Shown here piece after piece: positions 1 through 9,908 of a stretch of 64,000 nucleotides of DNA (position 1 is its first letter; each line of letters opens with the position of its first letter). Location: the IMG/VR virus record IMGVR_UViG_3300047323_000678, one strand, 5' to 3'. Source of the stretch: a virus (taxonomy: Duplodnaviria; Heunggongvirae; Uroviricota; Caudoviricetes). A model generated the notes under the pieces. That model saw only the letters and a list, made by a program, of their open reading frames with translations. It did not search any database and was not told the DNA's origin. The position numbers and the translations under genes are program-made.

Positions 1-687
1 TTATAATTTATTCTTCTTATTTTTACGATTTGTATCTGTTTCTAAAGAATCTCTTAATTCTTTTGCTAAATAATAAATGTCAATTGCTTTATCTCTTTCA
101 ATCTTGTCAGGAAAATTAGCCCAATAAGGTAAAGGAGGTGGTAATTCATTATTTTCTGTTTTATTGGTAGATGGCATAAATTTAGTTCGGAAAAATAAAC
201 TATTAATATTATGGACACTAATAACTTTCCAATTTGAGAGATCACCAGTAAAATTAGAATCACGAAATATATCTTGCATATTTTCTACTTTAGATACATT
301 CCATTTTGATATGTCCGTATTAAATTCTGAATTTGAAAACATATCATTCATATTTTTGACACTTGAAGTATTCCATTTACTAATATCACCATTAAATTGT
401 GATGATCTAAACATTGCTCTCATATTTTCTACTTTAGAAACATCCCAATTAGATATGTCACCATTAAATCTAGAATTACTGAACATCCCTTCCATATTGA
501 TAACATTCGATACATTCCATTTACTAATGTCACCAGTAAATTTACGATTATCAAATAATCTGTGCATATCTGTAATATTAGAAACATCAATATGATTTAA
601 ATCGCAGTTCCCACCTTCATATGATATTTCTTCATAAACAAGTTTAATTAAATGATTTCTATCTTTAGCTATGATTGTAGGTTTCAT
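1..687 (-). CDS. DUF285 / BspA-like repeat protein
   Basis: Repeats of F[19 protein letters not shown]; C-terminal basic tail ...KNKKNKL. Confidence 0.9.
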   Translation of the reverse strand: MKPTIIAKDRNHLIKLVYEEISYEGGNCDLNHIDVSNITDMHRLFDNRKFTGDISKWNVSNVINMEGMFSNSRFNGDISNWDVSKVENMRAMFRSSQFNGDISKWNTSSVKNMNDMFSNSEFNTDISKWNVSKVENMQDIFRDSNFTGDLSNWKVISVHNINSLFFRTKFMPSTNKTENNELPPPLPYWANFPDKIERDKAIDIYYLAKELRDSLETDTNRKNKKNKL

Positions 688-819
688 AATTTAATATTAG
701 AAGTTGTTATTATTTTACTGGGTAGAAATAAATAATCAACAATTAAGTTATATTTTTCTTTTCTAATTAGTATTCGAAGTGTTATAATCAGATGACAAAT
801 ATTTAAAATAGAGGTATAT

Positions 820-996
820 ATGAAAGCATACGGACATTCTCGGACTGATAAACAAGAGTGCAAATATGGTTGCTGCACTTCTAAATCTGGTTCCAAGAAA
901 AACTGTCGTGAAGTCGTTGATCGTGCTAATCGTAAAACTGCACGGCAAATTTCTAAAAGCGAAATCTTGGAAAATCGTATGGTTATTTTGGATTAA
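820..996 (+). CDS. small basic Cys-containing protein (58 aa, not in ORF track)
   Basis: GAGGT RBS at 811-815, TATAAT at 783-788; MKAYGHSRTDKQECKYGCC...RANRKTARQISK...ILD*. Confidence 0.75.
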   Translation: MKAYGHSRTDKQECKYGCCTSKSGSKKNCREVVDRANRKTARQISKSEILENRMVILD

Positions 997-998
997 GC

Positions 999-2027
999 AT
1001 GAGTGCTTATAAAAGAATAAAATTTAATAAAAATGAAGATCAAAGAATTTATTTAGAAAAATTTTTAATTAAAGCTATCCCATTGGTTGCTAGTATTATT
1101 TTACTAGTCTCATTGGGATTTAATTTTTATTTATTCAATAATCATACATTCAGTCAATATTGGTATATTTTTTCAATATTAAGTTTTTTATACATATGCT
1201 ATTTGGGATTAATAAGCATACGATTCTTTTTAGGCTTATCAGGATCATTTAAATTAGTATTTTCAAATATAATATATCGTCAAGTAATAAAATTTTATAT
1301 CTATAAATATATTCATAAATCAGATAATTTAATAGAAAAGAAATATAAGATTTTATTTCTTCATCTTTGGTTTTTAAGTGAAGATATATTTCTTCATACA
1401 AGTACTCCTGAACATTATTTTTGGAAAAAAATAATTGAAAGAGTTGATCAGGAGCTTTATAAAAACCTATTAGGTTCAGGTCTTGCTTTATTATATGATA
1501 AATATGAAAGAGAAGATTTTTTTTATTTCTTTAATGAAGATATAAGTAATAAAGAAATATTTAATATAATAAAAAAAATTTATAAAGATTATGAATGCTG
1601 TGGAATGGTGATGAAAAAAGCATTTACAGATAATCGTATTCAGGTAAATGATGCTGAATCAATCTTAATTATTCAAGATTATTCATTAACTTCTGCTGAT
1701 ATTGATATGATTAAATTCATATCAGAACAGATTAATTCTTATTCTTATATTGATTTTAATTTTAATACAGAAATATTTAATGAAATTGTAAATAAAGAAG
1801 ATAGAACAGACATTTTACTATTGTTAAAAGATATGCTTACTAAACTAAAGAATGAGAGCACTCATTTTTTTATAATGAGCACGATAAATGCTTATAATCA
1901 AAATAGAACTCATGGAGATCATAAAATCGATTTATATATGAAAATAGTTGATAGGAAAATTGAATATTTAACGATGAAATCTGAACTTGGAAGAAAAGAT
2001 GTTGTAAAGAAAATAAATAAGATTTAA
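999..2027 (+). CDS. hypothetical membrane protein with C-terminal basic tail
   Basis: 342 aa ORF, two N-terminal hydrophobic segments, ends MKSELGRKDVVKKINKI. Confidence 0.7.
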   Translation: MSAYKRIKFNKNEDQRIYLEKFLIKAIPLVASIILLVSLGFNFYLFNNHTFSQYWYIFSILSFLYICYLGLISIRFFLGLSGSFKLVFSNIIYRQVIKFYIYKYIHKSDNLIEKKYKILFLHLWFLSEDIFLHTSTPEHYFWKKIIERVDQELYKNLLGSGLALLYDKYEREDFFYFFNEDISNKEIFNIIKKIYKDYECCGMVMKKAFTDNRIQVNDAESILIIQDYSLTSADIDMIKFISEQINSYSYIDFNFNTEIFNEIVNKEDRTDILLLLKDMLTKLKNESTHFFIMSTINAYNQNRTHGDHKIDLYMKIVDRKIEYLTMKSELGRKDVVKKINKI

Positions 2028-2032
2028 GACAA

Positions 2033-2062
2033 AAAAATAGCTGTCATCTGACAGCTATTTTT
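2033..2062. terminator. bidirectional intrinsic terminator
   Basis: AAAAATAGCTGTCA-TC-TGACAGCTATTTTT between convergent genes. Confidence 0.85.
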
Positions 2063-2073
2063 ATTTTTGTTTT

Positions 2074-2280
2074 TCATTGCCAATTACATTTAAACCAGCC
2101 TAATCCCAAGGAGTAAAAAGCCTCTATCTCTGCAATGCTAATTTTAGCAAGTTTAGATTGTCCTATATCTACCATTCTAAAACTAGCATTTCGTACATCA
2201 TCAGAAATTACAGCCTCACATCCATTTCTTAGTTTTACCCTGGTACAAACTTTAAGCTCTGGATTGATGAAAATAGCCAT
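2074..2280 (-). CDS. hypothetical protein
   Basis: 68 aa ORF directly downstream of the zinc-finger gene. Confidence 0.65.
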   Translation of the reverse strand: MAIFINPELKVCTRVKLRNGCEAVISDDVRNASFRMVDIGQSKLAKISIAEIEAFYSLGLGWFKCNWQ

Positions 2281-2282
2281 GT

Positions 2283-2726
2283 TTAATATCCGCGATTAGG
2301 GTCATCAAAAACACCAGCTTCAATTAGTCCGACAGCTTTTTTAATAGTTTCTACACTAAAATTACCAAGATGACATTGTTGAACTGGCATTCTCATAATT
2401 CTAGCCAATCGTGAATATGCTTTGTTTTTTGCACTATCACCATATTCATCAAGTAAATACTTGCGAGGTGGATTCCATTTGGGGTCAAAAATATCACGAA
2501 ATTTTTTTCTCCAGGCTCTTAGCTCAGCATTTGCAAGTCTACCTAAAGGAATATAAGTTCCTCGTTTACAACCTATATAGGCATCACATGGTTGACAGAT
2601 ATAAATTGGCCCATAATCTTTCCCATGATAAACAGATTTTGAATCGTATTGAAAATTTGCGGGACTCTTGCAGTAAGGACATATGAGGCTACGAACTACA
2701 TTTGCATGAGCAGAATATGGGTGCAT
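2283..2726 (-). CDS. DUF3268-like zinc-finger protein
   Basis: CPYC...YICQPCDAYIGC..GT..PLGRLANAELR..R...FDP.W, CHLG motif. Confidence 0.85.
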   Translation of the reverse strand: MHPYSAHANVVRSLICPYCKSPANFQYDSKSVYHGKDYGPIYICQPCDAYIGCKRGTYIPLGRLANAELRAWRKKFRDIFDPKWNPPRKYLLDEYGDSAKNKAYSRLARIMRMPVQQCHLGNFSVETIKKAVGLIEAGVFDDPNRGY

Positions 2727-2944
2727 AATAATCCTCTTATGTATGTTCTATGCTTAATTATGAATAATGTTTTTATTATAACATTGTAAAAAATTTTTGT
2801 CTTGATGTGATTCAATAAGAAAAAGTACAATGATGGTATATGAAGATGTTGCTATAAGGAAAAAATGCAAAGATTAAACTTGTTGAATTAAATAATAAGG
2901 AGAGTTAGAATAGTTTATTAATCACTAAAACTTAGGATTATAAA

Positions 2945-3247
2945 ATGGCTATTCCATATACTGATAAAGAAATGCACGAAATGGGATTTACCAATTGGCG
3001 TGAACTCCCAGATGGAACTATCTTAGCAGTAGGCCCAATGCTGCATAACAATGGTCGTCTTTTTGTGAATATTAATCGTTATGGATATGAAGATTGCTAC
3101 TGCTACGACTCATTAGAGTTAGCTAACAAAAGTATGATGGAATTTAATCCAGAAGTGGATAAGGAACCTGAGGGTTGGAAGCGCCATCCTACAACTGGTC
3201 GCCGCAGAAAGAACGGAGATCCATCCACTGAAGAAATATGGCGATAG
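2945..3247 (+). CDS. hypothetical phage-like protein
   Basis: 100 aa ORF with AGGA RBS; EPEGWKRHPTTGRRR motif; followed by terminator. Confidence 0.75.
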   Translation: MAIPYTDKEMHEMGFTNWRELPDGTILAVGPMLHNNGRLFVNINRYGYEDCYCYDSLELANKSMMEFNPEVDKEPEGWKRHPTTGRRRKNGDPSTEEIWR

Positions 3248-3251
3248 AAAT

Positions 3252-3282
3252 AAAAAAGAGCAGTTTTAGCTGCTCTTTTTTT
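3252..3282. terminator. bidirectional intrinsic terminator
   Basis: AAAAAAGAGCAG-loop-CTGCTCTTTTTT. Confidence 0.85.
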
Positions 3283-3295
3283 ATAAATGTAGATA

Positions 3296-3823
3296 TTACT
3301 TATTTTTGCTTATAAGTTTTTGATTTAAGCCAATAAGTTGAGCATTGCGATTAATAAGTTCTTTATGTCTTTTTATATTATCTAGGGATTTTTTGGTCAT
3401 TAAGGTTGTGATACCTTTTTCTAAAGCTTCAGAGCATTTCATTATTTTTTGTTCCTCTGTCATACAAGTAGAACTAATACTTAATCCCAAAGACCCCTCC
3501 AACAATTTTATAATATTCTGATTTTTGCAATAATGAACTTTCATTATTATTTTATCTTTTTCTTTCCATACTGCATGTAGCTCATGATGACTAGATAAAA
3601 CCTTAATAGAAATTTGGTTTGATGCATCATCAAAAACATTAGTGTCTAATTTATTTAGTCCCATACTATGACTCCTTCTTGATCCTAGTATAGTAAAATT
3701 TAAACAATTACACACCGGAAAAGTTTCTGTGAAGAAATTGTTGAGTGAATCATCGTTTTTCATATAAAACAAGTCTTTCATATCAACATTAAAAATGCTC
3801 AACAAATGACTAATGTTGTTCAC
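3296..3823 (-). CDS. hypothetical protein
   Basis: 175 aa ORF, start uncertain. Confidence 0.55.
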   Translation of the reverse strand: MNNISHLLSIFNVDMKDLFYMKNDDSLNNFFTETFPVCNCLNFTILGSRRSHSMGLNKLDTNVFDDASNQISIKVLSSHHELHAVWKEKDKIIMKVHYCKNQNIIKLLEGSLGLSISSTCMTEEQKIMKCSEALEKGITTLMTKKSLDNIKRHKELINRNAQLIGLNQKLISKNK

Positions 3824-4047
3824 TATTAGTCAAATTTCTCATTGACATAACACAAGCAAACCAATCATTTTTAACAAGAAAGCATAACTTAAACTCTGCT
3901 TGATGGCAAATTTTGCATGTTCAATATTTAACAAAATTTTTATATAAAACAATGACTTAGGTAATGATGTGAATGTGACATCTAAAAAATTTTTAAGATT
4001 GATGCAAGAAAAACAATGAAATAAAGAAATATTACTTTAAATAAAAA

Positions 4048-4070
4048 TAAACCCACATCAAGTGGGTTTA
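4048..4070 (-). terminator. intrinsic terminator after tyrS
   Basis: TAAACCCAC-ATCAA-GTGGGTTTA with T-rich tail on the minus strand. Confidence 0.7.
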
Positions 4071-4136
4071 TGTAATGCAATCTTTCTCTCTAGCAAGAAA
4101 TTAAGGAAGGTATCTATTCACTTCCCTCAAAGCAAC

Positions 4137-5369
4137 TTAAATTACAAGAGCAAAATGCTTTTTACCTTTTTTAATTAGGATTGGTTTTGAAAACTGAAAC
4201 TCTTTCATATCTTCGGTAATCTTTACTGCCTCTTTACCAAGTTCAAGAACATTGACTGAGTTTTCTTTAATTGCTTGAGTAGCTTTTGTCATTGAACCCA
4301 GCAGTTCAGTTTCAACCAATACTTGTTTAAGCTCTTGAATATTAGTCAGATTTTTTTCAGATACAGGAATAATAGCTTTTAGAATATTAATACCTGTATC
4401 GGACAATTCAAACTTTTTACCCGAAAACAGCAATTCAGCAACTTCTTGAACACTTTGGCACATTTCTGCTCCATGAATCAGAGTGGTCATTTCTACTGCC
4501 AAAGCTTTTTGAGCCGCACGAAGTTCAGGACGATTAATAGTGCTATCTTCAAGCTCCGAAATTTTTTCATGAGACAAGAAAGTGTATAGCTTCAATAACT
4601 TAACAACATCAGCATCAGCAGTATTAAGCCAAAATTGGAAAAACTCCCAAGGTGAAGTTTTATTTGCATCTAGCCAAACAGAACCTTTTTCACTCTTGCC
4701 GAATTTAGTTCCATCAGATTTAGTCAGCAATGGGAAAGTCAGTGCAAAGCCTTCTTTCTGATTACGACGAAGAAGGTCAAGACCTGAACACATATTACCG
4801 AATTGATCTGAACCACCAATTTGCAATTGGCAATTAAACTTTTTTGCGAGATGCAAGTAGTCATTGCCTTGGAAAAGCATGTAGCTGAATTCTGTAAAAG
4901 AAAGACCATCACCATTTAGGCGAGAACTTACTGAATCGCGTGCAAGCATAGCACCGATAGAAAAATTCTTACCAATATGACGCATAAAGTCGATAACGGA
5001 CATATTTTTAGTCCAGTCAAGATTATTAACAGTTTTAACTTGAGTGATAGATGCAAGTTGCTTACCAATAGCTTCACTATTATGCAGGACAACCTCTTCC
5101 ATTAAAGCAACACGCTCTTGAGACTTACCGCTTGGATCACCAATAAAGCCGGTAGCTCCACCAATAAGAGCAAGCGGGTTGTGACCATGCTGCTTAAAGC
5201 GCATGAGTGAAATCATTGGAATAAGGTGGCCAACATGAAGAGAGTCGGCAGTAGGATCAAAACCGCAGTAGAGGGTAATACTTTCAGAATCTAAAAGTTT
5301 ATCAAGCTCTTCTTTATTAGAGCATTGATGAATCAACCCACGCCATTCCAAGTCATCAATAAGTTTCAT
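4137..5369 (-). CDS. tyrS: tyrosine--tRNA ligase
   Basis: LYCGFDPTADSLHVGH (HIGH), QIGGSDQFGN, KFGKS (KMSKS), C-terminal KKGKK S4-like end. Confidence 0.97.
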   Translation of the reverse strand: MKLIDDLEWRGLIHQCSNKEELDKLLDSESITLYCGFDPTADSLHVGHLIPMISLMRFKQHGHNPLALIGGATGFIGDPSGKSQERVALMEEVVLHNSEAIGKQLASITQVKTVNNLDWTKNMSVIDFMRHIGKNFSIGAMLARDSVSSRLNGDGLSFTEFSYMLFQGNDYLHLAKKFNCQLQIGGSDQFGNMCSGLDLLRRNQKEGFALTFPLLTKSDGTKFGKSEKGSVWLDANKTSPWEFFQFWLNTADADVVKLLKLYTFLSHEKISELEDSTINRPELRAAQKALAVEMTTLIHGAEMCQSVQEVAELLFSGKKFELSDTGINILKAIIPVSEKNLTNIQELKQVLVETELLGSMTKATQAIKENSVNVLELGKEAVKITEDMKEFQFSKPILIKKGKKHFALVI

Positions 5370-5615
5370 ATCTTTTTATCCTATAAATATTTCATAGTAA
5401 ATTATATCATAAGATTGTCATCTATGTCGATAAAATACTTTGAAAAATATATTTAATTAAAAAAATTTTAATTGGAATAATTTCAAACTAAAACAAATAA
5501 AATACTAAAATCAAACAACATAATAAGTAAAAATATATTGCATTATAAGAAAAACTCTTCTATTATAAGTTGTGTTTAGGATGACAAAATTTTATTTGTT
5601 AATATCTGTGCATTG

Positions 5616-5880
5616 GTCAATAACCCCTGCCTTCAGGCAGGAGCTTGAAAAAGCTCAAATTGACCAGACCAAGTTAAGAAATTAACTTAAACGATAGTTA
5701 GGAATATATAGGTACCTGCGGATATCGCCTTAGTCTACTGCTCTACGGTTTGTTATTAAAAGTTCTGTGAGGTAGGAACAGTGTAACAAACATTGAAAAC
5801 CCTAGCATATCTGGTCGAAAGGAAGTCGTAATTTATTATTGGTAAAAGATAACATTTTACGCATTACATCGCAAGATGAT
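5616..5880 (+). ncRNA. IscB-associated omega RNA (HEARO-like); boundaries approximate
   Basis: Starts GTCAATAACCCCTGCCTTCAGGCAGGAGCTTG...TTGACCAG with multiple hairpins and a ...CTGGTCGAAAGG segment, directly upstream of iscB. Confidence 0.8.
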
Positions 5881-5927
5881 AAGTTTTATTTTAACTTATA
5901 AAATTAATTGTTTTATTGGAATTAAAA

Positions 5928-7166
5928 ATGGTATATGTTTTAAATAAATGCGGTAAACCTCTAATGCCTTGCTCAATAAGAAAGGCTAGGATTCTTCTAT
6001 GTCAAAATAAAGTAAAAGTTGTTAGTAAAACACCATTTACCATTCAGCTTTTACATGGTGCTACTGGTTATAAACAAAAAATCATTGCTGCACTTGATAC
6101 AGGTTCTGTTGTTGTTGGTTGTGCAGCAACAGCTAATAATATGGTCATTTATCAGTCAGAAGTCACACTCCGTAACGACATTTCTAAAAAACTTAAAGAA
6201 AGAGCAATGTATAGGAGAAATCGGCGTAGTAAGAAAACTAGGTATCGCAAAGCTCGATTTAATAATCGTTCTGCTTCTTTTAGAAAAGGCCGTTTAGCAC
6301 CGTCTATTAAATCTAAAATTGATAGTCATTTAAGAGAAGTTAATTTTGTTAATAGTATTTTACCGGTAACTCAATGGAACTTTGAATTGGCTTCTTTTGA
6401 CATTCATAAAATAACAAATCCTAATGTTGTTGGAGTTGATTATCAAAATGGTCCACAAAAAGGTTTTTATAATGTAAAAAGTTATATTTTACATCGAGAT
6501 AATTATAAGTGTCAGTCTGGACAAAAAATTACTCATAGTAAAAAGTTACATGTTCATCATAAACACTTTAAGTCAAATGGTGGTTCAGATACTCCAAGTA
6601 ATTTAATTACATTATGTGAAACTTGTCACGAAGACTTACATAAAGAAAAATTTGAATTAAAAGGCAAAAGATCTAAAACAAAACATGCCACAGAAATGGG
6701 TTTGATTAAGTCCCAATTAAGTAAATGCTCAGTAAAACACAATTTGACTTTTGGTTATGAAACTAAATTCAAAAGAGAACAATTTTTAAAATGGGATAAA
6801 ACTCATGCAAATGATGCAGTTGCAGCTTGTTTAAAAGATGGTCAGATAGTTAAGCCTATGGCAATTATACTGATTAAAAAACATATATCTAAAGGTGATT
6901 ATAAACAAACATTTGGTTCACATAGCCAACTTAAAATACCAACAGGTAAATTATTTGGATTAAGAAAAGGTGATAAGGTAAGAACACCAAGAGGTATTGG
7001 TTTTATTAAAGGAAAAAGAAGTCGTGGTTATTTTTCCATCTCAGATTTGGATAATAATGTAATTCATTTAACTGAAAAAGTACAAAACTGTGTAAGACTT
7101 GCAGCAAGAACAACAACACAAGTCGAAGAACTTAATTTAATCGTATTAATTTCAAGAAGAAAATAG
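5928..7166 (+). CDS. iscB: RNA-guided endonuclease IscB (IS200/IS605 OMEGA)
   Basis: GKPLMP N-terminus, RuvC-I ALDTGS, RRNRR bridge helix, RuvC-II FELASFD, HNH VHH...NLITLCETCH, RuvC-III HANDA; ATG 5928 preferred over TTG 5916. Confidence 0.95.
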   Translation: MVYVLNKCGKPLMPCSIRKARILLCQNKVKVVSKTPFTIQLLHGATGYKQKIIAALDTGSVVVGCAATANNMVIYQSEVTLRNDISKKLKERAMYRRNRRSKKTRYRKARFNNRSASFRKGRLAPSIKSKIDSHLREVNFVNSILPVTQWNFELASFDIHKITNPNVVGVDYQNGPQKGFYNVKSYILHRDNYKCQSGQKITHSKKLHVHHKHFKSNGGSDTPSNLITLCETCHEDLHKEKFELKGKRSKTKHATEMGLIKSQLSKCSVKHNLTFGYETKFKREQFLKWDKTHANDAVAACLKDGQIVKPMAIILIKKHISKGDYKQTFGSHSQLKIPTGKLFGLRKGDKVRTPRGIGFIKGKRSRGYFSISDLDNNVIHLTEKVQNCVRLAARTTTQVEELNLIVLISRRK

Positions 7167-7320
7167 GAATAATAAATACAAAGTGAAAAATAGCACAAGA
7201 AAAATAAAAGCACACTATTATAAAACAAATATTTTAATATTTTTAGAAGAAAAAATGTATGCTTTAGTTAGATTTTAAGAGTATAATAGAGCTTTCTAAA
7301 TAATCATTATAGAGGAAAAA

Positions 7321-7581
7321 ATGAAAAACAATGTTGTCACAAATGATTATATGAATAAAGCCAACAATAAAATTCCTGGTCAGCCTTACCAAAAACAATG
7401 GTGGATGAGATATTGGGATGTTGAAATAGAAAATCAATCAGGACAAATTAGTAAAGTAAAAGCAAGATTCAAAAAAAACCGCTTTATTGGAACAACTTAT
7501 GTTTTTCGCTTTAACTGCAAACCAACTGGAAATCGCTGGAATGAGCCTGGCTATGGTTGGGGGATCTGGGAAAAGCTTTAA
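7321..7581 (+). CDS. hypothetical protein
   Basis: 86 aa ORF, GAGG RBS, upstream TATAAT. Confidence 0.7.
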   Translation: MKNNVVTNDYMNKANNKIPGQPYQKQWWMRYWDVEIENQSGQISKVKARFKKNRFIGTTYVFRFNCKPTGNRWNEPGYGWGIWEKL

Positions 7582-7585
7582 ATAT

Positions 7586-8065
7586 TTAAACTATTCGGCC
7601 ACGAGTGCCACGCTCTTCATTAATTTCCATTTTTCTTAAAATTTCTTTTTCTAAATTAACACCCTCACGAGAAGAAATTTCAATAACACGCTTTACAACT
7701 CTTCCCATATAAAAGCCAAAATCTTCATTAAGAGTAGCTTTTCTAGCAGTATTAATCCAGTTAGCTAAATCAACCATTATTTCCGCAAAATCTTCCAATA
7801 AGTTTTTACTTCTCCATTGAATCACAGCTTGGTCAGTTAATTTTTGCAAGTCATAACCTTTGTCATATGAAAGATCAGCTATTCTTAAAACTATATCAGA
7901 TAGCTCTTCACCAAATTCTTTAGTAGGACTAGAACCAAAACATTCTTCAGCAGTTTCCCCAACTTCTGAAGCAATTAAAGCAAGAGCTTCTAGAACTGTT
8001 TTGTTATGCCATCCCATTCTTTCTACCCAATCAAATTGTTTTTCTGCGATTGTATTTAAATCCAT
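7586..8065 (-). CDS. MazG-like NTP pyrophosphohydrolase with a second degenerate repeat
   Basis: ALIASEVGETAEE...EELSDIV motif, ends KMEINEER; start ATG 8065 inferred. Confidence 0.75.
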   Translation of the reverse strand: MDLNTIAEKQFDWVERMGWHNKTVLEALALIASEVGETAEECFGSSPTKEFGEELSDIVLRIADLSYDKGYDLQKLTDQAVIQWRSKNLLEDFAEIMVDLANWINTARKATLNEDFGFYMGRVVKRVIEISSREGVNLEKEILRKMEINEERGTRGRIV

Positions 8066-8133
8066 ATTATTAACCATTAAGATATTGAACAAAATAATTA
8101 ATTGATTTTGTTCAATAAAGCAATAGATAGGAT

Positions 8134-8319
8134 TTAATTAGACAAATTTTGTTGTAAATTTGGAGTGTTTTCTTTTATTAAAGAGCTAACACACTGTAAG
8201 CAACATCCACAACGCAAAGCAACTCCAAGATTCATTTGAAGGTCATCAAAAGAGGAACCATTTTTAATTTCTTGGATAATTTTTGTATCAGATACATTTT
8301 TACAGACGCAGATAATCAT
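8134..8319 (-). CDS. bfd: bacterioferritin-associated [2Fe-2S] ferredoxin
   Basis: MIICVCKNVSD..I...LGVALRCGCC. Confidence 0.9.
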   Translation of the reverse strand: MIICVCKNVSDTKIIQEIKNGSSFDDLQMNLGVALRCGCCLQCVSSLIKENTPNLQQNLSN

Positions 8320-8325
8320 AGTAAT

Positions 8326-8340
8326 TGAGAATAGTTATCA
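8326..8340. promoter_or_regulatory. Fur box-like 7-1-7 inverted repeat upstream of bfd
   Basis: TGAGAAT-A-GTTATCA versus consensus TGATAAT-N-ATTATCA (2 mismatches). Confidence 0.6.
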
Positions 8341-8523
8341 ATACAGTTTCATATAATTATAATTTTTTGTCAAACTAAATAAATTTTTTAATTATATAAG
8401 TTGTGTAAAGTTAACATTGTTAAAATTATTTAGGATATTGCAAATATCAGAATTATGTAAAAATAAGTGACAAATTTTTAATATTCAGTTATTATCAAGA
8501 ATTAAATATTTAAAGGAAAAACA

Positions 8524-9522
8524 ATGCCTACTTTCTTTCGTAAAAATGAGCTTACTGAAGAACAAAAAAATAATTGGGATAGTGCGATTGCCAATTACAA
8601 AAAAGTGTTGGAGTTAAATGCTTTACGAGAATTAAATAGCATGAATCAGGAACAGAAGGTGAAATTCATGGGCGATGATATGAAAACCTTTACGGATCAA
8701 GATATTAAAGAAAAATTAATTAAGATGGGCATGATGATGGGAAATCCACCAGGTCATGAAAAAAGTTCTTTATTTTTCAGGCTGTTGTCTGGTAAAAGAA
8801 TTTTAAAAAATCCTCCTCCAACATCGTATTCATATCCAGATTATGAAATTATTGAATTAGATAATGAGCGTGAGCTTATGTTAGATGAACAAACTGTTGA
8901 TGAATTAATCAAACAATCATCTTCTTTTATTTCATATCCACATGTGAATATTAATCAAAGTGCTTGGCGTGTATTAAATGTTATTTCTCCAACTAAATTA
9001 GAAGTCACACATGATCGTTGGAAAAATGAAGGCTTTGTTTGGGAAATCGAACTAAAAGAGATTACTGCTGAAGAATCGAAATGTTCTCTTTGCGGTAGCT
9101 TCAATCCATCTATTAAGAAGCTAACAACTTATGAACAATTGTTAAAAGAATGTTTGCACACTGCTAACGAGCATTTTTATTTATTAAAAATTGCAATAGA
9201 TACTGAAGAATATAAGAAATATGAAGAAAAAATTATTTCTAAATATCCGAAGGAAAAATTAGAAAATGGAATTAGTGTATTTTTACAAAATCAATTAAAG
9301 CATACTTTAGAAAAAGCAAAAAATATGTTAAATGAGCGAATCAATAATGGTTTGCCAATTGAACCAAGTGAACAAGAAATTCAAGAGTATGCAAAAGAAA
9401 CAGAAAAAAGTTATTTAGGCAACGATTATTTTGAAAAAGATGGCCTACTCTACAAAAAAGCATGGATGATGAAAAGAGTAGCTCCTATTGTTCTAAAAGA
9501 AGATCATTACCTAGAAATTTAA
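8524..9522 (+). CDS. hypothetical protein
   Basis: 332 aa ORF, AAGGA RBS, followed by hairpin at ~9527-9561. Confidence 0.75.
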   Translation: MPTFFRKNELTEEQKNNWDSAIANYKKVLELNALRELNSMNQEQKVKFMGDDMKTFTDQDIKEKLIKMGMMMGNPPGHEKSSLFFRLLSGKRILKNPPPTSYSYPDYEIIELDNERELMLDEQTVDELIKQSSSFISYPHVNINQSAWRVLNVISPTKLEVTHDRWKNEGFVWEIELKEITAEESKCSLCGSFNPSIKKLTTYEQLLKECLHTANEHFYLLKIAIDTEEYKKYEEKIISKYPKEKLENGISVFLQNQLKHTLEKAKNMLNERINNGLPIEPSEQEIQEYAKETEKSYLGNDYFEKDGLLYKKAWMMKRVAPIVLKEDHYLEI

Positions 9523-9613
9523 TTTCAATAAGTGAATTAGTTTGGTGCTAGTTCACTTATTTTTGTATGCTCTAAAAATATTTTAAAAAATTTGAATATT
9601 TTTAAAAAAGCAC

Positions 9614-9641
9614 TGTACAAAATAAATGATTAAGCTATAAT
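9614..9641 (+). promoter_or_regulatory. TGTACA-N16-TATAAT promoter
   Basis: TGTACA 9614-9619, TATAAT 9636-9641, followed by AACTACATC. Confidence 0.7.
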
Positions 9642-9677
9642 AACTACATCCCAACCACACTTATAGAGGTAAATAAA

Positions 9678-9833
9678 ATGCAAGGTTCCAAAACTGCTAA
9701 TTTCGTAAAATCGGTTAAGCGTTCGAAGGCTTTTGATGATGGTTACGGTAGCCGTAGCACTAAGAAAAACAATCATCACAAGCAAGAGCGTGCCAAAGCT
9801 AACAAGCAGCGTGTAGAATACGACTCGCAATAA
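9678..9833 (+). CDS. small basic protein MQGSKT family, copy 1 (51 aa, not in ORF track)
   Basis: GAGGT RBS, own promoter and terminator; MQGSKTANFVKSVKRSKAFDDGYGS...; paralog at 13618. Confidence 0.8.
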   Translation: MQGSKTANFVKSVKRSKAFDDGYGSRSTKKNNHHKQERAKANKQRVEYDSQ

Positions 9834-9853
9834 AAAATAAAATTTTTTAAAAG

Positions 9854-9878
9854 AAGCCACTTGAAGTGGCTTTTTTTT
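9854..9878 (+). terminator. intrinsic terminator
   Basis: AAGCCAC-TTGAA-GTGGCTTTTTTTT. Confidence 0.85.
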
Positions 9879-9908
9879 ATCCTACAATTAATTTAAGGAA
9901 ATTCATTT

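Noticed and set aside
684-948. Two minus-strand ORFs (70 and 61 aa)
   Set aside because: They overlap the better-supported plus-strand ORF 820-996 and lack RBS support.
3904-3918. Possible sigma54 site TGGCAAATTTTGC
   Set aside because: GG-to-GC spacing is too short for a -24/-12 promoter.
9630-9860. Minus-strand 76-aa ORF, and the similar 13501-13791 ORF
   Set aside because: Antisense shadows of the MQGSKT genes, which have promoter, RBS and (copy 1) terminator on the plus strand.
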